From Rhodocyclaceae bacterium (GTDB taxonomy: Bacteria > Pseudomonadota > Gammaproteobacteria > Burkholderiales > Rhodocyclaceae), in contig JAKLLG010000002.1 of assembly GCA_023150275.1 (NCBI GenBank), positions 12,511 through 76,510 of the forward strand: a stretch of DNA of 64,000 nucleotides. Direction: 5' to 3'. The notes below the pieces were generated by a model. That model made no database searches. It was given only the letters and a program-made list of their open reading frames with translations, and had not been told where the DNA came from. This document shows positions 21,301 to 30,949 of this stretch, piece by piece (position 1 is the first letter of the stretch; each line of letters starts with the position of its first letter). Both the position numbers and the translations under genes were made by a program.

Positions 21301-23028
21301 TTCCTGGAACAGCATCTTGTTGTAGGCTTCGCTCTCCCGGAGAGTGGCCTCGGCGAACTTGCGTTCGGTGATGTCCTGATGGATGCCGATCACACGCAAG
21401 GCGCGACCATTCCCGTCCCGTTCGACGGCATTGCCGATATCGAGAATCCACTTCCAGTCGAAGGTCGCCGAGCGCATCCGGTACTCGATCCGATAGCTGG
21501 CTTCTCCGCTCGTCAGGAAGTGCTGCCGTGCCTCTTCGGCACGGTAGCGGTCGAGCGGATGTACGAGATCATTCCAGCAATCCAGATAGGTCGGGTAGTT
21601 CCTTTCGAGATCGGCCTTGGCGTAGCCGAGCATGCGCGCCCAGATCTCGTTGATCGTCGAGCCGATGATCCCGGTGTCGGGTGCGATGTTCCAGTCGTAA
21701 AGCCCGAGGTTTGCGCCTTCCATCGCGAGGTTGAGGCGCTCTTCGTTGCGCGCGATGCGCTGTTCGGTGCGCTCACGCTCGGTGATGTCGTAGAACCACG
21801 TCACCAGGAAGCGCCCGTCGGCGAAATCCTGCAGGACCGATGAGAGCAGAACGGTGAGCGGTTCGCCGTCTGTCGTTACAATGTTCGCCTGATATTCGAA
21901 GATCGAGCCTTCCCGGCGCAGTCGCTCGATGAATTTCACCCGATCTTCCGGGTTGCGCCAGTTGTCCTTCGCGACATGGCGGCTGATCTGGTCCGGCGGG
22001 ATATGCAGCAACTCCGCAAGGCGCCGGTTGGAGAACACCGACGCGCCTTCCTCCGTGCTGATTGTGACGCCGGCCGGGCTGTTTTCCAGCACCTGGCGCA
22101 GGCGTTCCTCGCTCTTGCGCATCTCGGTTTCGAGACGCTTGCGCTCGGTGATATCCTCGAAGATCCAGATTGCGGCCTGCTCGTATCCGGGCAGGTGTAC
22201 GCCCTGACCCGTGACGAGCGCTACAAAACGTGTTCCATCCTTGCGCGGGAACTCCCACTCGATGCTGCTCTTTTCTCCGGCGCGCAGCGCCGGCCCCGCC
22301 TGCTCGGCGTAGGCGTGGTATGACGCTTCGCTGTGGAAGACAGCATCGGCTGCGTGCCGACCAAGCAACTCATCGATCGAGCAGCCAAGTTCTTCTGCGA
22401 GCCGGCGGTTGGCGCGCACGATGATGCCGTTTGCGGAATAGAGAATTCCGGTCGGGGCGTTCTCGATGATGATCTGCTGCTCTTCGAGCAGCTTCCCGAT
22501 TTCCGCCTGCTGGGCAGCGATCTTGTCGGCGGCGCGTCGTTTTTCGGAAACGTCGTCGATCGTGAAGCGCAGCAGCTTGCGCCCGCCGCAATCGAAGGCC
22601 ATCAGATTGACTTCGGCATCCCAGATTTCGCCGTTGGCCCGCGCCGCCCGCCAGAGGAAGGACGATATGCCGTTCTGCAGCACCGAGCGCGCAATTTCCT
22701 GGCCAGCGGTAGCGCTGTCCGATCCGTCGTATTGCGTCGGTGCGGAGAAGTCGAACGGCGAGTGTCCCAGCGCCTCCTCTCGACTGCTCAGCCCGTAGAC
22801 GCGCACCGCAGCTTCGTTGCAGTCGATGACGCCGACAGCAGGATCGATGATCGTGATCGGAATCGGTGAGTTGCGATCGACCTTGCTGTTGTACTGAGCG
22901 CTGTCCTGCAGCGCCTGCTCGGCCGCCCCCCGAGCCTGCTCGCTCGCGGCGAGGCGCTCCGCAAGCAGGCGGTTCTCCCTTTCCAGCACATCCAGACGGG
23001 AACGCAATGTGGCTACTGCGTCGTCCAT
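18313..23028 (-). CDS. 1571-aa multi-PAS hybrid histidine kinase (coiled coil, at least 5 PAS, HisKA-HATPase, REC-REC, HPt)
   Basis: H-box [12 protein letters not shown]-box GTGLGL, two receiver motifs ([20 protein letters not shown]) and a C-terminal HPt [12 protein letters not shown]. Strong SD GGAGGAG upstream. The stop overlaps the start of the HD-GYP regulator. Confidence 0.9.
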   Translation of the reverse strand: MDDAVATLRSRLDVLERENRLLAERLAASEQARGAAEQALQDSAQYNSKVDRNSPIPITIIDPAVGVIDCNEAAVRVYGLSSREEALGHSPFDFSAPTQYDGSDSATAGQEIARSVLQNGISSFLWRAARANGEIWDAEVNLMAFDCGGRKLLRFTIDDVSEKRRAADKIAAQQAEIGKLLEEQQIIIENAPTGILYSANGIIVRANRRLAEELGCSIDELLGRHAADAVFHSEASYHAYAEQAGPALRAGEKSSIEWEFPRKDGTRFVALVTGQGVHLPGYEQAAIWIFEDITERKRLETEMRKSEERLRQVLENSPAGVTISTEEGASVFSNRRLAELLHIPPDQISRHVAKDNWRNPEDRVKFIERLRREGSIFEYQANIVTTDGEPLTVLLSSVLQDFADGRFLVTWFYDITERERTEQRIARNEERLNLAMEGANLGLYDWNIAPDTGIIGSTINEIWARMLGYAKADLERNYPTYLDCWNDLVHPLDRYRAEEARQHFLTSGEASYRIEYRMRSATFDWKWILDIGNAVERDGNGRALRVIGIHQDITERKFAEATLRESEAYNKMLFQESSRPIVILDPKAGFVDCNPAAVRMYGVGTRADVLGKTPLDFSAPTQYDGRDSKTAGQELVRSTLKGGHARFEWQHQRPNGETWDAEVHLIAFDFRGRRLMQFTLDDVTERRRARIELEKREHELNALVAEQRMVFDNAPNGIIYTADGVILRANKSIGDFLGYAQEELVGSPGSIIQPSEEKYREFGALVGPMLATGKDAAVEWNFARKDGSLALARVSARGIQMAGHQWVTIWIFEDIAERKAAEQAMQTARLAAEEAARAKSDFLANMSHEIRTPMNAIIGMSHLALETELDPRQRNYVEKVNRSAVNLLGIINDILDFSKIEAGMMAVEKTPFRLDDVMDNLANLIGIKAEEKGLELLFDIAPDIPGGLVGDPLRLGQVLTNLGNNAVKFTESGEIVIGVRRENGSLHFSVRDSGIGLTQEQCGKLFQSFTQADSSTTRKYGGTGLGLVISKRLVELMGGRIWVESEQGKGSTFHFTITYATPDVMPARHTVTAETLRGLRILVVDDNEHAREIARTLVATLGANVSEAAGGAAALAAIVAARDTGFPFNLIMIDWKMADMDGIETLHVLQSEHRIDTPAAIMVTAYGRDDAMRAAEHSGVMVHSVLTKPVLVSTLQNAIGEALGLQPLEHNKETRAPTVDQAQARLAGARILLVEDNEMNQELAVELLSRAGIELVIAGNGQLALDILDGDAAFDGILMDCQMPVMDGYEATRAIRARPAVSSLPIIAMTANAMAGDREKAIAAGMNDHIAKPLIVDEMFATMARWISPAQPARPPASSAPAAGEDAPDLPPLPGIDQQAGLKVTMNDKRFYRNLLLTFRDSQSGFMEAFRAAQQGTDASAPMRLAHTLKGSSGTVGAKDLQAAAAVLEDACEHGASAAEIEELLKKTSAALEQVMAGLAELTAAPAAARAAPPMDTAAVEALCSQLAELLAYGDSTAADLISDNDAALAAALGENYAQIRSAINGFDFETALSLLEGARDSIAGNEETVR

Positions 23029-23191
23029 GACTCCTCCCTGGTAACGCCGCGCTTGATGTTTCGCGTGCGGTACTGCCGCGGGGCCGGCTTTCTGCGAACG
23101 GCGCCCGCTTGATGACGGGCGATTATACCGCCGCCGGATGGCCTGTGCTTAGGGAGTAGAATACGATTCGTGTCACATTGAGTTCTGTCAT

Positions 23192-23662
23192 ATGAGCAGT
23201 CAAACGAGCATGGTTCTTCCCTGGAAACCCAACGTCACCGTTGCCGCGATCATCGAAAGCGAAGGTCGCTTTCTCCTTGTCGAAGAAGAGACCGAAGATG
23301 GCTTGCGTTTCAATCAACCGGCTGGTCACCTTGAGTGTCGTGAGGCGCTGGTCGATGCGGTCGTGCGCGAGGCGCTGGAGGAGACGGGCTACCATTTTGT
23401 GCCGCGTTTTCTTGTGGGGATCTACAGCTGGCGCAATGAGGTGCGCGATGTCACGTATCTCCGCTTCGCCTTTGGCGGCGATGTCACCGGACATGAGCCT
23501 GGGCGCCCGCTCGACGACGGCATCGTGGCGGCGCGCTGGCTGACGCCCGACGAGATTCGTGCCTCGGCCGACCGCCATCGCAGCCCGCTGATCGTGCGCG
23601 GTATCGATGACTGGCTTGCCGGCCGGCGCTATCCCCTGGAATTGCTGACGCATTACGGATGA
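23192..23662 (+). CDS. NUDIX hydrolase
   Basis: Nudix box GHLECREALVDAVVREALEETG. 156 aa. Confidence 0.8.
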   Translation: MSSQTSMVLPWKPNVTVAAIIESEGRFLLVEEETEDGLRFNQPAGHLECREALVDAVVREALEETGYHFVPRFLVGIYSWRNEVRDVTYLRFAFGGDVTGHEPGRPLDDGIVAARWLTPDEIRASADRHRSPLIVRGIDDWLAGRRYPLELLTHYG

Positions 23663-24240
23663 TGCGCGGTGTTTTGCTGGTGTGCTGCGCGCTGTGGAGT
23701 AGTGTGTCTGCCGCGCAGGCCTCGCTCGAAATCTGCTTCAATTACGGGTGTCAGAACACCGCGCGCATCAGCTATTCGCGCAAGCAGCTGGCGCAGGTGC
23801 GTGACTTGCTGGATGACGCTGTCGATGCTGCGCACGAGCGCGAACTGGTCGCCGTTGTCGTGGGCCGCATGCTGGGATGGGCGGGCTTGCAGTCACCGAT
23901 CCACGCTGACCGTGGCGGCAATCTGGCCGATGACGGCGTGGACGGCCGGATGGATTGCATCGATCATTCGACAACGACGACGCGCCTGCTCAAACTGATC
24001 GAGCGTCGCGGCTGGTTGCGCTGGCATCGTGTGCGCGATCCGGAAATGCGTAACCGGTTGCTTATTTTCGATCACTGGACGGCGGTCATCGAGGAATCGC
24101 CGAGAGCGCCGTACCGTGATGTGTATCCGCTGTCGCATGCGCGCTATGCAGTGGACAGCTGGTTTTTCGATAATGGCGAGCCCGCGGTGATCATGCCGCT
24201 GGATGCCTGGATGGATTGGGAGGGACCCCGTGTCGAGTGA
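23659..24240 (+). CDS. hypothetical secreted protein
   Basis: ATGA-coupled to the NUDIX gene. Signal peptide [21 protein letters not shown]. Cys pair CFNYGC. Confidence 0.5.
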   Translation: MMRGVLLVCCALWSSVSAAQASLEICFNYGCQNTARISYSRKQLAQVRDLLDDAVDAAHERELVAVVVGRMLGWAGLQSPIHADRGGNLADDGVDGRMDCIDHSTTTTRLLKLIERRGWLRWHRVRDPEMRNRLLIFDHWTAVIEESPRAPYRDVYPLSHARYAVDSWFFDNGEPAVIMPLDAWMDWEGPRVE

Positions 24241-25351
24241 GAACAATACCGTCGTCGTCGGCCTGTCAGGCGGCGTCGATTCGTCGGTGGCGGCTTTGTT
24301 GTTGAAGCAGCAGGGCTGGAGGGTAATCGGCCTGTTCATGAAGAACTGGGAGGACGACGATACTGACGAGTACTGTTCGTCACGCCAGGATCTGGTCGAC
24401 GTGATGAGCGTTGCCGATCGTATCGGCATCGATGTCGAGGTGGTGAATTTCGCGAAGGAATACAAGGAGCGCGTCTTTGCCGAGTTCCTCAAGGAGTATC
24501 AGGCCGGACGAACACCGAATCCCGACGTGCTGTGCAATTCGGAAATCAAGTTCCGTGCCTTCCTCGATCATGCCTTGAAGATGGGCGCATCAAAGATTGC
24601 CACCGGGCACTACGCCGGCGTGCGCGAAGTGCCGTCGCCAGGCGGCGTTGGCGTCGAATACCAGTTGCTGAAGGCGGAGGACGGCACCAAGGATCAAAGC
24701 TACTTTCTGCATCGCCTGAACCAGGCGCAGCTATCCAGAACGATATTCCCGCTTGCTCAGGTGTACAAACGCGATGTGCGTCGCATTGCCGAAGAAGCTG
24801 GACTGCACGTCGCCGCGAAGAAGGATTCGACTGGCATCTGCTTCATCGGCGAGCGCCCCTTCAAGGAGTTTCTGATGCGCTATCTGCCGCCGCGAAAGGG
24901 CGAGATTCGCGAACTCGACTCCGGGCGCGCGCTTGGCGAACACGATGGCATGACTTATCACACGATCGGCCAGCGCAAGGGGCTACTGATCGGCGGAGTC
25001 AAGGGCGGAAAAGGGGCCGAGAGCGGCGAGCACGACGCCTGGTTCGTTGCGCAGAAGGATGTGGAGAAGAACATTCTCTATGTCGTGCAGGGCCACGATC
25101 ACCCGGCGCTGCAGCGGGAATCCCTGCTGGCTGCCGATCTGTCGTGGGTATCCGGCCGTGCGCCGCACACGCACTGGGTCTATTGTGCGAAGACGCGCTA
25201 CCGGCAGGAAGACGCGGCCTGCGAAGTGGAGCGCGTCGACGCCGACAACTGCGAGATCCGTTTCGCTGCGCCGCAGTGGGCGGTGACGCCGGGCCAGTCG
25301 GTCGTGCTCTACGAATCCCGGGTCTGCCTCGGTGGGGGCGTGATCCAGTAA
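24203..25351 (+). CDS. mnmA: tRNA 2-thiouridine(34) synthase
   Basis: PP-loop [12 protein letters not shown]. Conserved MnmA C-terminal region. Alternative GTG start at 24230. Confidence 0.9.
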   Translation: MPGWIGRDPVSSENNTVVVGLSGGVDSSVAALLLKQQGWRVIGLFMKNWEDDDTDEYCSSRQDLVDVMSVADRIGIDVEVVNFAKEYKERVFAEFLKEYQAGRTPNPDVLCNSEIKFRAFLDHALKMGASKIATGHYAGVREVPSPGGVGVEYQLLKAEDGTKDQSYFLHRLNQAQLSRTIFPLAQVYKRDVRRIAEEAGLHVAAKKDSTGICFIGERPFKEFLMRYLPPRKGEIRELDSGRALGEHDGMTYHTIGQRKGLLIGGVKGGKGAESGEHDAWFVAQKDVEKNILYVVQGHDHPALQRESLLAADLSWVSGRAPHTHWVYCAKTRYRQEDAACEVERVDADNCEIRFAAPQWAVTPGQSVVLYESRVCLGGGVIQ

Positions 25352-25361
25352 GTGCGCCTGT

Positions 25362-25772
25362 TCACGAAAGACCGACCAGGAAACTCGTGAACAGCACCTC
25401 GCGGACTCCCCGCGTGTCGAACAGCTCGTTCAGGTCGGCGCGAATCCGCTCCTGAAGCGCCAGCTTTCCCTCTGGCGTCAGCAGTTGCGCTGCGGCGAAA
25501 TCGGAAAAACTGCGCGTCACCGCAGCTTTTGCGCGCGATTTTCGTTCGCCGATCTTCTCTTCGACCTTGCGGTTGGCAACTTCGAGCACGACGTTTGCGA
25601 TCACCAGGCGTTTGTCGCCGGCGTGGCCTCTCACTTCGCCGATATCGACGAATACAGGTGCGCGAGTGGTCGGCTGTTCGCTGCTTGCCCGAAAATAAAA
25701 AAATGCAATGCTGGCGATGATCAGGGCCAGCAGGGTCAGTGCCCAGTAAAGAGCGGTGTTTTCGCGCTTCAT
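25362..25772 (-). CDS. FliL-like membrane protein (orphan)
   Basis: N-terminal TM helix with a FliL-like C-terminus (...LNELFDTRGVREVLFTSFLVG). No flagellar genes nearby. Confidence 0.45.
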   Translation of the reverse strand: MKRENTALYWALTLLALIIASIAFFYFRASSEQPTTRAPVFVDIGEVRGHAGDKRLVIANVVLEVANRKVEEKIGERKSRAKAAVTRSFSDFAAAQLLTPEGKLALQERIRADLNELFDTRGVREVLFTSFLVGLS

Positions 25773-26087
25773 GCAGGTCTCCGCGGCGAGTCGTAGGCTT
25801 TCGGGTTAGCTTTCGGTATGAATACGATGTCCGACAGCGTTCGCAGAGAATGACGGCGGGTCGTGGCGACCCGTTGTGCAACCCGGCTACCCTTGCCGCC
25901 TGCATCTGCAGGCAACCCTCGGGCCCGTGGCTTTGCGTCCCGGAATCTCTTCCGGTTTGCCATTGGACAGCGGCATATTAACGCAATCGCCTTTCTCGCG
26001 CATGCCGCAGAAGATTTTGGCGGCCCGGAGATGAAAACGCCGCCTCGCGGGCGGCGCTTTGCTGCACAGGCACGCTACAGCAATATC

Positions 26088-26696
26088 TCAGGCCTGCGGT
26101 ACCGTCTCGGCAAACGAGGGGCGCTGCATCAGCTTCTCGTACAGACGCGAGAGATTGGGGTGGGTTTCCTGCCACTCGATATCCGGGAAGCGGAAGGCGA
26201 GATAGCCGAGCGCACTACCTACTGCGATGTCGGCGAGCGAGAAATGCGTGCCCATGCAATGCGGGTTCTCGCCCAGCTCTTCGGCCATGAATTCCAGGCT
26301 TTTCGCGACTTTGTCGCGCTGACGAGCGATCCATGTCTTGTCCTGCAGCTTTGCCGGGCGTTTGCCTTCCAGAAAAGCGGTGGACGCAGCATCGCAAATG
26401 CCGTCACCGAGTGCCTCCCAGCGCTTGACCAGGATGCGCTCGCGATTCGGCGCCGGCATCAGCTTGTTGTTGGGGGTGACGTTATCCAGATACTCGACAA
26501 TCACGCGCGAATCGAACAGTACGGTGTCATCGTCGAGCACCAGTACGGGAATCTTGCCGAGCGGATTCAGGTCCGGGACACCGCTGGCGGCATCCCAGGG
26601 GGAGTCTAGTTCGAAGTCGTACTCGATCTTCTTTTCAGCCAGCACGACGCGGGCCTTGCGCACGTAGGGACTGGTCAGGGAGCCGATCAGTTTCAT
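26088..26696 (-). CDS. glutathione S-transferase
   Basis: MKLIGSLTSPYVRKARVVL thioredoxin-like N-domain and a GST C-domain. Confidence 0.8.
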   Translation of the reverse strand: MKLIGSLTSPYVRKARVVLAEKKIEYDFELDSPWDAASGVPDLNPLGKIPVLVLDDDTVLFDSRVIVEYLDNVTPNNKLMPAPNRERILVKRWEALGDGICDAASTAFLEGKRPAKLQDKTWIARQRDKVAKSLEFMAEELGENPHCMGTHFSLADIAVGSALGYLAFRFPDIEWQETHPNLSRLYEKLMQRPSFAETVPQA

Positions 26697-26793
26697 CTAA
26701 TTCTCGAATCGAGTGGTGAAGCATTGGGGACGCGAATTATATCATCGGCCCGCTGCACGGTTTGCGGCACTATTTCACGCGGCGGTAAAATAG

Positions 26794-28188
<1,395 letters not shown>

Positions 28189-28197
28189 GGAGCGAAC

Positions 28198-28518
28198 GTG
28201 TCACAGTTTCAAGCCAACCTGAAAAAGATGCCCGGCATCTCGCACCTCGAAGCGCTGAACCTGCTCGATGCCGACGGTAGCGTCGTCGCGACGATCGAGA
28301 ACAAGGCCGGCAGCCAGGGCTCGCTGTCGCTGTACAACCACCTCGGCCAAACCTACGGTGCGATCACGCCGGACGCCGCGAGGAAAGGCCTCGAACTCTA
28401 CGCCGAGCACACCGAGGATGCGCGCCTGCATCCGGGCAAACACCCGAACATCGACCGGCTGTTCGAAATTGCCGAGAAAAAGACCACGCTGCGCGTAAAG
28501 CACGTCTTCGCGGTTTGA
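28198..28518 (+). CDS. small conserved protein downstream of purB (DUF2322-like assignment tentative)
   Basis: GTG start with GAGGAG 8 nt upstream. 106 aa. Its 5' region is partially duplicated at 40138-40209. Confidence 0.55.
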   Translation: MSQFQANLKKMPGISHLEALNLLDADGSVVATIENKAGSQGSLSLYNHLGQTYGAITPDAARKGLELYAEHTEDARLHPGKHPNIDRLFEIAEKKTTLRVKHVFAV

Positions 28519-28530
28519 TCCACCGAACGC

Positions 28531-28580
28531 AAAGCGCCCCGATCCGGCAACGGATCGGGGCGCTTTGCTTTGCTGTCTTT
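28531..28580 (+). terminator. rho-independent terminator
   Basis: aaagcgccccgatccg-gcaa-cggatcggggcgcttt hairpin followed by a T-rich tract. Confidence 0.7.
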
Positions 28581-28638
28581 CCTGAGCGCGTGTTGGGCGG
28601 TTGCTGTCCAGCGGTTCGGAAAAATCTGCGGCAGCCAT

Positions 28639-28682
28639 CGACATAATATGTCTTGACATATTATGTCGTCTCTCCTATAAAT
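28639..28682 (+). promoter_or_regulatory. sigma70-type promoter (-35 TTGACA, 17-bp spacer, -10 TATAAA) embedded in a perfect 12-bp inverted repeat (putative operator)
   Basis: The inverted repeat is cgacataatatg-tcttga-catattatgtcg. -35 TTGACA lies at 28654-28659 and -10 TATAAA at 28677-28682. ATG at 28731 has a GAGGAG RBS. Confidence 0.6.
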
Positions 28683-28730
28683 ACGGCATCGCGATGTCAT
28701 TGCGATATTGCCCGAGGAGACTTGCCAAGA

Positions 28731-29146
28731 TGAACCATGTGCAAAAACAGATCGAAGGTCTGGATGCGCTCGTCAGCAGCCGTTTGGGCGGCGTGTCGAC
28801 GTCGATGCAGCCGGTGCCTGGTGACATGCCGGTGATCCAGATCGTGGTCGACGGTTACGAGTCGCTGCCCATCTATCTGACTTTTTCAGACGCCCAGTGC
28901 CTGTGTATCTGCTACCTGTGGACGGAAGACGAGGTGGTTGCCGAGCGGCGCGGGGCGCTGATGGAGGCGCTGCTCGATCTCAATATTTCCGTTCCCTTGT
29001 CGTCCTTCGGGCGCATTGGTCGTCACTATGTGTTGTTTGGCGCGCTGGCGCGCGATTCTGCCGTCACTGACATTGCCCAGGACGTGGTGGCATTGCTCGA
29101 CAACGCGGTGGATGCGCTCGACGCGTTTGCCGATTACCTGCGCTGA
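28731..29146 (+). CDS. YjfI-like protein (DUF2170)
   Basis: 139 aa. ...PIYLTFSDAQCLCICYLWTEDEVV... matches the YjfI family by recollection. First gene of the operon. Confidence 0.55.
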
Positions 29147-29170
29147 TACGAACGAACCAAGGAGATCTGT

Positions 29171-29888
29171 CATGAGTTCCGTCTTTACCAAAATGCTTAC
29201 CCTGGTGCGCGGCAGCGCCCGCGAAATCGGCGAAAGCGTCGTCGATGCCAATGCCACGCGCATCTACGAACAGGAAGTGCATGAAGCACGCAATGCCGTA
29301 GCAACCGCCAAGCAGGAACTGACCGTGGTGATGGCCAAGGCCACGCAGACCGCCCGGGAAATCGAGCGCCTGAAGAAGGAAATTACGCGCTACGAGCAGC
29401 TGGCGGTCGAAGCGCTCGGCAAGCAGGAGGAAGCGCTGGCCGAAGAAGTGGCCGGCAAGGTCGGCGAGCTGGAGGCCGAGCTTGACGAGCAGACCAGGGC
29501 GCATGCCGACTTTACGGTGAACGTCGCCAATCTCAAGGATCTGATCCGCAATGCCGAGGCGCGGCTGCGCGAACATGATCGCGAGCTGGCCGTCGCCAGG
29601 ACGACCGAGAGCGTCTATAAGGCGACCATGACCATTTCCGGCGCCGTAGGCGCCAGCGGCTCGAAGCTGATGAGCGCCAAGGAATCGCTTGAGCGCATCA
29701 AACAGCGGCATGCCGATATGGCCGATCGCATGGCGGCCGCCGACGAGCTTGATCAGGAATTCGGCCATCGCGCGCTGGACAAGAAGCTGGCGGCGGCAGG
29801 CATCGGCGATACCAGCGATCGCAAGGCGCAGGCGCTTTCCCGTATTCGCCAGCAGCATGCAGCCAGGGCCGGCAAGGAAGGCACATGA
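29171..29888 (+). CDS. PspA/IM30 (ESCRT-III-like) family protein, YjfJ-like
   Basis: 239 aa and all-helical. MSSVFTKMLTLVRGSAREIGESVVDANATRIYEQEVHEARNAV... is a typical PspA/IM30 N-terminus. RBS AAGGAGA. Confidence 0.8.
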
Positions 29889-30226
29889 CCGAGGGCAAGC
29901 GTCCGCCGCGCTGGCAGAGTTCGGATCGGGCGATCCGTGCCGTGCAGATCGCGTTCGACGTAGAGGCGGCGGTGCTCAATGCCGTTCGCGCCGCCGCCTT
30001 CAACAATGATCTGTCGACCTCGGATCAGCTGCGTCTGGTGCTCGGGCTGGAGGTGATCCGCAAACCCAAGCGACCGCGCCTGACTGTGTCGCTGTCGCCG
30101 GAGGACTATGCGGTTCTTGGCAAGCGCTACGGAGTCGATCCGGAAAATACCCTGGCAATCAAGGAAAAGGCGTTGGCCGACTTGATCGCATTTGCGCAGC
30201 AAAGCACAATGGCCCGCTCAGACTGA
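29885..30226 (+). CDS. putative DNA-binding protein with two ribbon-helix-helix-like segments
   Basis: ATGA-coupled to pspA. RPRLTVSLSPEDYAVLGKRYGVDPENTLAIKEKALADLI looks like CopG/Arc RHH. The N-terminal half has a similar beta-alpha-alpha pattern. Confidence 0.45.
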   Translation: MTEGKRPPRWQSSDRAIRAVQIAFDVEAAVLNAVRAAAFNNDLSTSDQLRLVLGLEVIRKPKRPRLTVSLSPEDYAVLGKRYGVDPENTLAIKEKALADLIAFAQQSTMARSD

Positions 30227-30268
30227 AGTGCCAATCGCATAAAAACAAACCGACTCCGGGGAGGTGTC

Positions 30269-30919
30269 ATGCAGGGCTTGTTCGCTATCGTCACCAGCTG
30301 GCCAACGGCGATCTACACCGTATTGCTTGGTGTCGTCGTTCTCTACTGGGTTCTCGCGCTGGTCGGGCTGGTCGACTTCGAGCACGGCGGCCTGGATCTG
30401 GATGGACACCATGACATAGGGGTTCATGCCGACGGCGATCATCTTTCGACCATCGCCAGCTACGTGGTCGCATTCGGTCTGCACGGCGTGCCCTTCTCGG
30501 TGGTGATCAGCCTGCTGACGCTGATCGCCTGGGTCTGTGCCGGTCTGCTTGCCCAGTACCTGCTGCCGTGGGTGCCAACCCAGACATTGCGTGCGCTGGC
30601 CGGTCTTGGGATGCTGGTTTTCGCCATGGTGCCCGCAATTGTGCTGACCGCCTGGGTGGTCAAACCGATGCGCGGTTTGTTCGTACAGCATGCCGCACGT
30701 TCCAACCGGAGTCTCGTCGGACTCTACTGCCGGGTGACGACGCTCAACGTCAGCGAGCGCTTCGGGCAGGCCGAAGCCAGCGACGGCAACGGCAGCTTCA
30801 ACATCCGTGTTCGTGCCGAGGAGCCCAATGCCCTCACCAAGGGCTCGCGCGCGCTGATTATCGATTACGACGAGAGCAGCCAGCGCTACCGCGTGGAAGC
30901 TGCCGACGAGAACGCTTAA
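30269..30919 (+). CDS. YqiJ/NfeD-like inner-membrane protein (DUF1449, OB-fold C-terminus)
   Basis: An N-terminal TM bundle is followed by a soluble C-terminal domain. Sits directly upstream of the flotillin, as in E. coli yqiJK. RBS GGGGAGG. Confidence 0.6.
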   Translation: MQGLFAIVTSWPTAIYTVLLGVVVLYWVLALVGLVDFEHGGLDLDGHHDIGVHADGDHLSTIASYVVAFGLHGVPFSVVISLLTLIAWVCAGLLAQYLLPWVPTQTLRALAGLGMLVFAMVPAIVLTAWVVKPMRGLFVQHAARSNRSLVGLYCRVTTLNVSERFGQAEASDGNGSFNIRVRAEEPNALTKGSRALIIDYDESSQRYRVEAADENA

Positions 30920-30949
30920 CAAAACGAAAACTTACCGAAAGGGAAAGCA

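Noticed and set aside
25863-26609. 248-aa plus-strand ORF overlapping the GST gene
   Set aside because: Antisense to a well-supported GST. No motifs.
30227-30268. Possible sigma54 (-24/-12) promoter upstream of the YqiJ-like gene, as in PspF-dependent psp operons
   Set aside because: The TGCCA…CATAA stretch lacks the GG-N10-GC spacing. No convincing sigma54 element, and no pspF-like activator nearby.
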